Positions 9,095-18,614 of a stretch of 64,000 bases of DNA are shown here, piece after piece (position 1 is the stretch's first letter; each line of letters begins with the position of its first letter). The DNA is taken from positions 620,001 through 684,000 of the forward strand of contig CP060760.1 of NCBI GenBank assembly GCA_023205875.1, written 5' to 3'. The position numbers and the translations under genes are program-made. This stretch comes from Chloropicon primus (taxonomy: Eukaryota). A model generated the notes under the pieces. That model had not been told where the DNA came from, searched no databases, and was given only the letters and a program-made list of their open reading frames with translations.

Positions 9095-10423
9095 TCACGT
9101 CCAGTTTCTAATACAAGTTTCTACCCTCCGCTCCGCTTGCGGTGTGCCCGGCACCTCCTCGTCCTCCTCGTCGTCGCCGTCGGCACCATCGGCCAGGTTG
9201 TTGTTGTAGGTCACCGTGAGGGTCATCTCAGTGTCCATGCTCGAAGCCGCTCGGGGTCTCTTGCTCCTGGAAGTGGCGTGAATGCCACTGCTCGTGCTGG
9301 GTTGCTGCTGATGCACGGAGCCGTTGTCGTTGAGGGCCACCAGATGATTTGCGGCATCATGCGTGTTCATTGCACTCATGCTCGGGACGCTGTTTCTCTC
9401 CGCGGGTGAGGACGCCCTCCCCATCGGGTGATCCATGGCCCCGTTGCCAGGAAGAGTTGAGGCCGCGGCCCTGCCGCAGGGCTGCTGGGAGGGCGCCGGC
9501 ACTGTCCTGTTTAGGACGGATACATGCTGGCCGTTCTCGTCCACCAGCGAGTCCATCATGGTGGCGAGAATGAATTCGGCCGAGAATCCCACGTTCATGT
9601 GCTCGTTGACCGGCACGGGAAGGATGGCAAGTGGCTCCCCTGCCCTCGAGAATGAGATACTCAAGTTGTTCCTTGTGGAGGCGCAGTAACCCAAAACCAC
9701 TTTGAAGTCCTTGAGGTTGAACGTCACGTCCGCCGTCTCCATCCCGGTGTGCTGGTACTCCAAGAAATGCTGGTGGGCATTCAGGCTGAGCTGCGTGTGC
9801 AGGAGCGAGTTCAGGTTCCCTTCCACATCTATCTTGTGGGGGTCGTAGAAGCTATGGATCTGACACGACTTGTCCACCTGCGCGCCGTCCACTTGGGTGC
9901 CTCCCCCAACCCCACCCGAATCTGGGTTGGCGATGATCGTGACCTCCTCCAAGCTCTGCTGGAAGCTCACCAGGAGCCTGCTGAGCTCCCCAGCTTCCAC
10001 GGTGATCCGGACGGGGTACAAGTCGAAATTAATCTGGGCCTGGAGGGCATCCGCATCGATGAGGTCGAACTCAAAGCGCTTCTGCAAGCCGTTCTCGCAA
10101 TCGATGTAGACGACCATCTTGTTCGTCTGGGTGAAGACCTCGAAGATCGCCCTGCAGATCCGGCTCGTCTTCAGCGAGGCCACCAGCGACTTGGACAGCA
10201 AGCTGGCCGAGAGCACCGGCTGCTCGAAGAGCTCGTACACGTCGAAGAAGCTGCTGTCGAAGGTCATGCGAACGTAAGCAGAGTTCGAGGGGTTCACGCT
10301 CCTCAAGTGTATGCACCCCGGCCGGGCCTCCAGCACAGTCTCGTGCCCGAACTTGCTCAGAGTTTGCACGCTGAGCTTCAGCGTCCGCAGCTGCTCCTCC
10401 GCTGCAATGATCCGCAAAGTCAT
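9095..10423 (-). CDS. RAD9: RAD9 subunit of the 9-1-1 checkpoint clamp
   Basis: LSKFGHE..LRSVNPSNSAY..F..SFFD, VTFNLKDFK..F...GEP and EFILATM motifs; acidic tail with EVPGTP. Confidence 0.9.
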   Translation of the reverse strand: MTLRIIAAEEQLRTLKLSVQTLSKFGHETVLEARPGCIHLRSVNPSNSAYVRMTFDSSFFDVYELFEQPVLSASLLSKSLVASLKTSRICRAIFEVFTQTNKMVVYIDCENGLQKRFEFDLIDADALQAQINFDLYPVRITVEAGELSRLLVSFQQSLEEVTIIANPDSGGVGGGTQVDGAQVDKSCQIHSFYDPHKIDVEGNLNSLLHTQLSLNAHQHFLEYQHTGMETADVTFNLKDFKVVLGYCASTRNNLSISFSRAGEPLAILPVPVNEHMNVGFSAEFILATMMDSLVDENGQHVSVLNRTVPAPSQQPCGRAAASTLPGNGAMDHPMGRASSPAERNSVPSMSAMNTHDAANHLVALNDNGSVHQQQPSTSSGIHATSRSKRPRAASSMDTEMTLTVTYNNNLADGADGDDEEDEEVPGTPQAERRVETCIRNWT

Positions 10424-10875
10424 GGCACCTCCAATCCCCCCCACACCCACACACAAAAAGAAAAAGAAAAAGAAGAAAAGAGCTCTGGTCCCTCTTCCTC
10501 TGTCCTCGAGCGGACCGGACGCGAACCTCCGCTCCTCAAAAGCCTCCTCCACCGGCGTCCTCTGCGCTGATCGCCCTTGCGCTGATCGTCATCCTCTCCT
10601 GCCCGATCGATCTTGGCCTCTGCCAGGGAGAGGGAGACACGGGTGGGATGGGATGGAGCAATCCATGTCAATCAATCAGGAGGATGTGGACGCGAAAGGG
10701 AGGGGGGAGGGGGGAGGGAGGGGGGTCTTTGTCACTCTTTTCACATGATCTGATCCGAAGTCTAAGGTATTTCATTAATTTAGTAAAAGTATGTTATTGT
10801 TTTCTCTCTAACTTGGCCGTGAAGCGGAAGCAAGAGCCACGCAGTTACACTAACAGAACAAAGGACGGAGGTGGT

Positions 10876-12579
10876 TTACGCTGGGCTTTCCAGGCTCAAG
10901 CTGTCATCGATCTTCTTGGAGACACTATCAAGCTTTTTCTGGAACAGCATGGACGCGGTGGAGAGCCTCCTGATGGAGGATTTCCTTGCATTCTTGGCGT
11001 CCTGGGCAGCCTGAGCTCTCGCGGCTTCTGTCTCTGGGCTCAAGGACATGACTGACCTCGCCCCGGTACCGCCGATCTTCTTCTTGATCTTCGAGTTCTC
11101 GAGCTGCTTCATGATCCTCTCCTCCTCTCTTGCCTTCACCTTGGCAGCCTGCGCCTCCTTTCTCGCCTTCTCCATCTCTGGTGTCAGGCTCATGATGCTC
11201 TTGGCTCCGATGCTTGCAAGACTGGCCCTGCGAGCCTTGTTGGACTTTGCCATCTCCTCCTTCTTCCTCTGGGCATCGAGCTTCCTCTGCTCCATCTTGG
11301 CCCTCCTCGCCTTCTCCACCTCGGGGCTCAGGCACTTCTCATCCCTTCCTTGCACCAACTGGAGGTCCAATCTCTCGATCTTGTTCCTCTCGGAAATAAG
11401 CCTCTGGTGCTCCAGACTCTTCTTCTCTCTCATGAGCTTGCTTTCCCTCCTGGCCTTCTCGACGTCCTTGCTCAAAGATTTTGCATCTCGCCCCTTTACA
11501 GTGGAAAGCTTCTTTTTCATATCCTTTTCCCTCTTCGTCCACTCGGCCTTCATGTCCTCCTGCATCTTTTTGTTCGCGTCCTGCTTGGCCTTGCGAGCCT
11601 TCTCCATCTCGCTACTCAGACCCTTCTTGTCCAGGCCCTGCTTGATCGCAGCCAACCTGGCCTTCTCCCTTCGCTGCCTCTCCGCCAGCTGCATTTTGTG
11701 CTCCATCTGACTCCTATCTCTCTCTTCGGCAAGCTTCTTTCTAGCAGACTCGACGTCCTCACTGAGGGCCTTGGCGTCCCTGCCGGAGATGGCACTGAGC
11801 CTTCTCCTCTGCTTCTTGCGGGCCTCCGCGAGCTCCTTCTCCTTCTCGGCCGCTTTTCTCGCTCTCTCGGCGGCCAAGGCCGCTCTGGCGGCCTCAACGT
11901 CGGCGTCCAAGGCCTTGGCGTCCCTGCCCTTTTGCACAGAGGCGATCTTCTCCTTCTGTCTCTTGATGGCCTCGTTTCTCTCCTTCTTCATTTCGGCGTC
12001 TCTCTTCGCCCTCTCGGCGGCCAACGCGGCCCTGGCGGCCTCCACGTCCTCGTCCAGGGCCTTGGCGTCGCGACCAGTGGAAATGGCTGCCATCTTGGCC
12101 TTCTGAGCCCTCGTGGCCTCCTTCATCTCTCTCTCCCTGGCCTCCTCGGTCGCCGCTCTCTGGGCGGCCAACGCGGCCCTGGCGGCCTCCACGTCCTCGT
12201 CCAGGGCCTTGGCGTCGCGACCAGTGGAAATGGCTGCCATCTTGGCCTTCTGAGCCCTCGTGGCCTCCTTCATCTCTCTCTCCCTGGCCTCCTCGGTCGC
12301 CGCTCTCTGGGCGGCCAACGCGGCCCTGGCGGCCTCCACGTCCTCGTCCAGGGCCTTGGCGTCGCGACCAGTTGCAGCCTGGTTCTTCGCCTGCTGCTCC
12401 TTCCACTTCTGCTTCCTCATCATCTCCTCCTCAGCCTTCCTTTGGTTACTCTCCTCGGCCAACTTGGCCCTTGCTGCTTCAGTCACAGCTCCCAGAGACA
12501 CCGTGGTCTTGGGAGCAGTCATCGTAAGCTTGTCAGAAAGCGCGGAGTTCATCTCGGCGATCTCCTCCTCCTTCGCCAT
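10876..12579 (-). CDS. Charged helical protein built from ~10 repeats of ~49 aa (GRDAKAL motif); probable 5'UTR intron 12598-12800
   Basis: 567-aa ORF with recurring GRDAKAL/GRDAKSL/GRDEKCL motifs; TGTAA (minus) at 10845-10849. Confidence 0.8.
   Translation of the reverse strand: MAKEEEIAEMNSALSDKLTMTAPKTTVSLGAVTEAARAKLAEESNQRKAEEEMMRKQKWKEQQAKNQAATGRDAKALDEDVEAARAALAAQRAATEEAREREMKEATRAQKAKMAAISTGRDAKALDEDVEAARAALAAQRAATEEAREREMKEATRAQKAKMAAISTGRDAKALDEDVEAARAALAAERAKRDAEMKKERNEAIKRQKEKIASVQKGRDAKALDADVEAARAALAAERARKAAEKEKELAEARKKQRRRLSAISGRDAKALSEDVESARKKLAEERDRSQMEHKMQLAERQRREKARLAAIKQGLDKKGLSSEMEKARKAKQDANKKMQEDMKAEWTKREKDMKKKLSTVKGRDAKSLSKDVEKARRESKLMREKKSLEHQRLISERNKIERLDLQLVQGRDEKCLSPEVEKARRAKMEQRKLDAQRKKEEMAKSNKARRASLASIGAKSIMSLTPEMEKARKEAQAAKVKAREEERIMKQLENSKIKKKIGGTGARSVMSLSPETEAARAQAAQDAKNARKSSIRRLSTASMLFQKKLDSVSKKIDDSLSLESPA
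12016..12372. repeat. Near-perfect 147-bp coding tandem repeat (~2.4 copies)
   Basis: ggcggccaacgcggccctgg recurs at 12016, 12163 and 12310. Confidence 0.9.
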
Positions 12580-13685
12580 CTTCGAGGCGCGGCGAACCTG
12601 GGGACCGCAAGCAAGGGAGAGACAACAACAAAAGCGTTAGCGCCCAACACAAGATAAAGGTCGTTCGTTGTGTGTGCAGCATGACACGACCATTTGTCCG
12701 AATGCGAGAATGCCATGGTGTGTGTCAACATTTTCTTGGTCAAGCCGCAAGGCTCGAAGCAAGAAGTCCCTCCGCGGACCCTCGTGACGGCAACACTTAC
12801 CTTTGCAATGAGGTTTGGGTTCACCATACTTAAAGGTATGAACCAAACTTTGAAAGATTAGATTCCTACAAAAATGCGGCCACTTGACAAAAGTTGTTGC
12901 ACTTGGGACCGCCAAGTCGCGCAATATCTCCTCCCCTCCCACGCACGCACAAGCGCGAAGCAACGATACCCTCTCCCTTGGTTCCGTTCCTTGTGGTCTT
13001 GGTAAGCCGAGCCAAGCGCGGTCGCCGTCTCGTCGGGTTGTGCCTGTTGTGGTGTGCCTGCGTCGTCAACGCTCTCCTTGGAGTGAACCGTGGAGAGAGT
13101 GCATGAGGGAAGAAGAGGTTGCTCCAAGGTCATCGCATCTCTTGGAGCAAAGAATCAAGGGGAACGAACGAGAACGAGAACAAGAAACGAACCGAGAGAC
13201 AAAGATATCCTCAATGGTTTCTCTTTCTGTCGATGGGATGGACGAAGAGAGACACTAAAAAAAATTCATCTTTTCCTTTTCTGTCGGGAAGGAGACGAGA
13301 CGCATTAAGTAACTCCAAGACAGACAGACAAGAACGAGAAGGACAAGGACAAGGACAAGGACAAGATCACGAGTGCCACGACTTGTCGTACTCTTTCCTT
13401 CGAGGAAGAAGAAGACAAGAGAGATCGTTCTCTTTTGGACTCCGACTCCATCAACGGTCGGATTCTCCTCGAGGGAAGCCACAGCCGGGTGGCACTCGAG
13501 AATTTGAGGATCAGTGATCCGAGTGGACCCTAGTGTCGCCTCCCTCAAGTTGTACGGGACAACCTGGATACGATATTCTCCTGGTGCTTGCTTGCTTGCT
13601 CCTCGTCTTGATTTTTTTGTAGGGAAAAGGGAAGACTTTTGCGGCGCAAGGAGAGGACTGAACCTTAGTGCGAAGCCGTGCGTTG

Positions 13686-14671
13686 ATGATGAGTAACATG
13701 AAGAACTTGACGAGCTTGCTCCTTGTTGTGCTTGCTTCCTGCGTTGTTGTTGGAAGCAGGGCGGAGGGATTCAAGCCGCAGCGTGTTCACTTTGTGGATC
13801 ACGTGGGACACAACGCCTTCTTCAGAGGAAACGAACCGTTGTCCAACGACACCAGAACTTTCTTGTACGACGACTTGATCGCCGAGATCAAGAACAAGGT
13901 AAAGATTCTTTCTTCCCTTTTTATTTGCGGGACCGAATCGAAGGACGTGCGGGAGCTGACGACCTTCTTTCTTTTGCTACGGCCTTTTGCATCCAAAGGC
14001 GGCTGTTGAGGGTGGCTTTGATATCGACAGGAAGATCTTTCTCGTCGACATAAGCTTCGAGTACGTCGAGAGGAAGGACATCAGCGCGGAGAAGGAGTTC
14101 TTTGAGAAAAACCCACACCTTGGCATGTACGTCGAGTGGCCTCTCTTCGGCGCCCCTGTCCCACCATATGACCTCCCAAGGGATGTCGTCCAGTACCTTG
14201 CCAAGGGACCAGTGTGGTTCGTAGGTACGTAAACGCTTCGATCGTTGATCGCATCGATGCAATCGCGGTTTCTGCCTCCCTTGCGCACGAGCGGGGCCTG
14301 ACTCACGGACGTCGTCGTCTTTCTTTTCTTTCTCTCCCCTTTCCTTCTTCCCGCCACCACCCATGGAACCAGATGACCTCCCAAAGAGGTTGGCGGACTT
14401 GAGAGGCTGGCTCGAGAAGAAACCAGATGACCCGGAGGCCACCATGATCGTCTACGCTCACTGCGAGGCTGGCTGCGACAGGACCGGAGAGTTCATCGCC
14501 TCTTACTTGATGCAGTACAAGGGCATGACCATCCAGGAGGCCTGGGACCGCGACACCAGCGACTGCGGCAGAGATCCAGTCCACTTCAGCGAGTTCGCGA
14601 TCGACTGGTACTGCGAGTACCTCTTCCTCCAGGGTTTCAAGAACCTCGGCAAGTGCGTCGCACAGAGGTGA
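13686..14671 (+). CDS. Signal-peptide-bearing cysteine phosphatase (PTP/DSP fold), 3 exons (13686-13898, 13999-14224, 14373-14671)
   Basis: Hydrophobic leader LTSLLLVVLASCVVVGSRA; CX5R P-loop HCEAGCDRTG; GT-AG introns restore the frame. Confidence 0.8.
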
Positions 14672-15098
14672 AGAAGTTTCGGCGGACAGAAGCAAAAACG
14701 AATTCTAATTGGTTTTGATTGTTATCGTGTTTCCTTCCTATTGTGGAGTTCTCCGACCAAGCCAAGAGAGGCCAGGCTCACAGGAGGGAGCAAAGCAAAG
14801 AGAGTGCGCGCTTGAATCGAAGATTGTCTTTCCTCTAAGTCACATCCTCATCCGAGGTGCTGGCCCCGTCCTTCCTTTGTTTTTGTTCCAAGAAAAAAGA
14901 TAAACCCCCTCGCTCGCCGCCCTGGACAACAGGTCACGTGCTCGCCTTGGAGTGCACCAAGATACTCGTCTTGGAAGGGTCTCTGAGTCAGGACGGGGAG
15001 GGCAGGCCACGAACGGGAGCCTCACGGTACCCTTGCGTGAACCTTTGACGAAAGAAACGCCGCCGTGCAACGCATTCCAAAAGTTGGTTGTCCCAGGC

Positions 15099-16292
15099 AT
15101 GCCGCTCTCACCGGGTTGTGACCCTGACGTGTCCATATACTACGAGTGTAGTACCTTCGGGAGGGAGAGGTGAGGCCCACCGGATACTTCCAGGAGTCAT
15201 GGAAAGGATTCTCTCTCCCTTCGTCTTAAGCTTGAAACAATGCGAGGACTAACCCTTGAGCCTTTCCGATCTCTCTCTGTCTCTCTCTGACTCTGATTCT
15301 GCTGTAGTGTGTCCAACGGAGAAGCTGAGCACAGAGTGCTTTGGATAGCGGGCGTTGGGTGCGCCCAAGATGTGTGGGAGAAGGAGATCGCCATCATGGA
15401 GAAGCTGTCCAAGCTCAAGGGAGGCCTCTCTGTCTGCACTTTTGACAACAGAGGCATAGGCCGGAGCTCCTCACCGGTGAGGAAGGGGGACTACTCGATA
15501 GAAAAGTTGGCGGGGGACGCCCTCGCTCTCCTGGGTCACCTGAAGTGGTCTTCTGCGCACATAATCGGCCACAGTATGGGTTCGATGATAGCAACGAGAA
15601 TTGCGATCGTGGCACCGGACATGGTGGACTCCCTCACGCTCATAGCCACTTGCAGGAGGTTCGTGGATCTCTGGCCGCGGAGCTTCAAGTCCCTCTCCCT
15701 TTTCCTCAACATGTTTCTGTCACCACTGGATGCCGAGGGCAGAGCCCTCCTCGACCTCAAGTGCCACTTCACGCAAGACTACCTCGAGGAGACGTTGACG
15801 GAGGATGAAGTTGCCAGCGAACAAGGGGCTAAGCTCACTGAGGTGAACGTCGACGTGATGGGTTCCGGGGAGGAAAAGGGTGGTGTGCAGCAGCAGCGGC
15901 AGCAGCAGCTGCCGCTCACGAGGAGGGAGTCCCTCAAGAGGGAATACATGAGGAAAGCTAGCATGAAGAACAATCACCAGCCGGACCACGGTTTCAAGGG
16001 CCAGATGAATGCGTGCCGTTGCCATTTCGTGAGCATGGAGGAGATCGAGTCCCTGAGAGAGACGGACTTTCCTTTCCTCATGATTCACGGGACTCAGGAT
16101 TATATCATCCCTTGGCAGGCTGGTCAGAAGTTCTTCCTCATGCTGAAGAACCGCAGCAAGTTCATGCTCCTCCACGGGGCTCACTTTCTGTCAAGAGAGA
16201 GAACCGGAGAAGTTGTGACGGCTGTGCTGCAGCAAATTTTTGAAGGGTGGAACCTGAGGAAGAAGAGAGAGAGCAGGGTGGGGCCAAGCTAG
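15099..16292 (+). CDS. Alpha/beta-fold hydrolase, 2 exons (15099-15169, 15308-16292)
   Basis: FDNRGIGRS, GHSMG nucleophile elbow, IHGTQD acid motif and GAH histidine motif. Confidence 0.9.
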
Positions 16293-16314
16293 GGAGGGCA
16301 AGGATTTCGTACCA

Positions 16315-18204
16315 TTAAACCTGTATTTTATCGAGCAGCACTGTGTTGTAAATTGCCTGGAAGTGCGACCTCGCATCCTCGGGCAGGGTCCTCTCCACGG
16401 CCTTTTGGAGCTCTTTTGCCTTGAAGAACGGATGGATGATGTGAACCCCGGCCGTGATCGTGAGGAGCACGACGCCGGGCGACACTTGCACGTACACGCA
16501 CCTCCTCTCCACGCGCCACTGAAGCCCGTTTGGAAAGTCAGGGGTCATGGTCCTGTTCTCCACGATGAGCGTTTTCTTATCTGCCCCCCACACCATTCTT
16601 TGTGTGTCGAGAGTCTGGAGGGTGCCAAGTCTTGGGTGCTTCGTGACGAGCTTGATCGTCCTGATGTATCCCCCGTGCACAAAGCTCTTGCACCACTTCG
16701 ACACCTCCATTGACATCCCCATGGCCGAGCTCGTGTGCAAGAAGTCGCTGCCATCGGCGTAGATCTTCTGAAAAATTTCTTTCAGCACCGCCGGAAGTTC
16801 TCCCCTCGCCATGAGCTTCATTTCCCCGTTGCAGGATCCCAAAAAGGTTTGGACCTTCTTCTTCTTCAGGATCTCTTCCTTGGCTGGAAGGGTGCTGTCA
16901 TCCGTGATCCCGTACCGTGGGTGTGGTGGACTCCCGGAAGGCTGAGGAACTTTGGGACTCAAGCACCCGTTGCTCTCGTCGTCGTCGCCCTGGAAGTTCA
17001 CCCGCAGCAAAGCATCCCCGAGCATGAGGCTCGATCGCCTCCTCGCTTTCGTCAACGGGGTCACGCCCTGCCCCCTTGATCTGTGGTGGCCCTGCTCGGG
17101 CGAGGGATCCTCGCTGTAGGTGGGGTCAGTCTCCACGTGGCCCTGCCTCTGCGCTGCCCACGCTTCGTTCTCGAAGCTCGACTGGGAGTTGGAAGACAGC
17201 TTGCTGTTTGTCTGAGCGTAGCTACCGGACTTGGAGAAATCGCTGGAGTGAATCGTGGCGACGGAGGTGTGCACCGCGCTCGGCCACCCCCTTATGACGT
17301 TGGAACCGCAAGGGCTCGTCTGCACCCCAATCAGCACGCAGATTCTCTTGATGTCAGGATACGTCAAGCCTCCCGAGGAGTCGAACGAGATCAAGTTTTC
17401 GATCAGGTAGCACCTCTCGTGGACGGACAGAGATGGAATCAGCTGCCTGATCATCAGAAGAAGGTCTTCCCGGTCGAGAAGGCCGTCCTTGTCCCTGTCA
17501 AAGTGATTGAACACGTCGCGCACGCTCGACTTGGACTGAGAGGCCAGGCTCGTCATCGCTTTCACGACGTCGATGGCCTCGTAGTGGTTGGAAGCGTGCA
17601 AGCTCTTGCGTCTCGACACCGTGTCATCCCTCAGGCTCTCCATGTTCGCAATCGCCGCCTGCGTCATGACGCTCATGTCGAACCCCCCGGCGTCTTCGCC
17701 CCCCTCGTTGCTGTTCTCGTTCTCTGCCCCCAGGCCGTGCGACTCGAGGTGAGCCACGGTCTGGTGCAAGTGGTCGGAGCTCTGCGAGGCGAAGCTGGAG
17801 TTGGACTCCTCGCCCGAGAACATGCTGGCCCTTTTGTTGTACGTCGACGACCTGGACCCTTGCTCGATCCTGTCGAGGTCTTTCCTGCTGATGTGCATCT
17901 TCAGCCTGGACTCCCCCGACATCGAGGTGTTCTGGACCAGCGGCGGCACGAGCACGGCGTCCTCGTCCCGGACGCAGCTCGTCTGTGTCGTGCTCGTGCT
18001 TATCCCGCTCGAGTGGGAAAACTCTTGCCTCCCTTCTTTCGACTTTGCCCTCGAGGAGAGCATGTGCCACTCGATCAGAGCGCTCCGGCACAGCGGTGAG
18101 TTCGGCTCGTTCCCGTTCCCGTTTCCCCTCTCGACGTGATGGCGGCCGCCGCCGACGGCATGGTGGTGGTCGCTCTCCTCAAAGTCGCCCGACCCCGGGA
18201 CCAT
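16315..18204 (-). CDS. EF-hand plus C-terminal VASt/StART-like lipid-transfer domain protein
   Basis: EF-hand FDRDKDGLLDREDL; C-terminal TMTPDFPNG..WRVERRCVY pattern is VASt-like. Confidence 0.65.
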   Translation of the reverse strand: MVPGSGDFEESDHHHAVGGGRHHVERGNGNGNEPNSPLCRSALIEWHMLSSRAKSKEGRQEFSHSSGISTSTTQTSCVRDEDAVLVPPLVQNTSMSGESRLKMHISRKDLDRIEQGSRSSTYNKRASMFSGEESNSSFASQSSDHLHQTVAHLESHGLGAENENSNEGGEDAGGFDMSVMTQAAIANMESLRDDTVSRRKSLHASNHYEAIDVVKAMTSLASQSKSSVRDVFNHFDRDKDGLLDREDLLLMIRQLIPSLSVHERCYLIENLISFDSSGGLTYPDIKRICVLIGVQTSPCGSNVIRGWPSAVHTSVATIHSSDFSKSGSYAQTNSKLSSNSQSSFENEAWAAQRQGHVETDPTYSEDPSPEQGHHRSRGQGVTPLTKARRRSSLMLGDALLRVNFQGDDDESNGCLSPKVPQPSGSPPHPRYGITDDSTLPAKEEILKKKKVQTFLGSCNGEMKLMARGELPAVLKEIFQKIYADGSDFLHTSSAMGMSMEVSKWCKSFVHGGYIRTIKLVTKHPRLGTLQTLDTQRMVWGADKKTLIVENRTMTPDFPNGLQWRVERRCVYVQVSPGVVLLTITAGVHIIHPFFKAKELQKAVERTLPEDARSHFQAIYNTVLLDKIQV

Positions 18205-18444
18205 TCTCCGCCGGTCTGCAGCTTCCTTTCGATTCACTCACTCACTCGGCTAGAGAGAAAAAACACACACAAAAAAAACGGCATCACCCTCACTCTCTTC
18301 GATGCAGGAAGGGGGTGAGAAAGAATCCAATCCAATCCAATCCAATAAGGGTCCGAAAAAAGCCAAGCCTCCGCCTCCGTCGTCGTCCACACAATCGGTT
18401 TGCTCTCGTCCAAGCAAACCCACCTCGCTCTTCTCGTGCTCTGC

Positions 18445-18483
18445 CGTTACGATTCAAAAAAGAAAACGGACGGGTTCGTAACG
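18445..18483. promoter_or_regulatory. Back-to-back CGTTACG / CGTAACG motifs in a divergent promoter
   Basis: The same heptamer recurs upstream of many genes in the window (see findings). Confidence 0.45.
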
Positions 18484-18614
18484 GCTCGAACTGGCACAAC
18501 TCAGTGCAAGCGATCGGTGCACTGTGATGGGACTCGACGTCGGACAACTCGGCGGGGAAGAGAGAGTTTGTCCGGTCGGTCCGGACGTCGTCGTCGTCCT
18601 CCGTTGTGCCTGTG

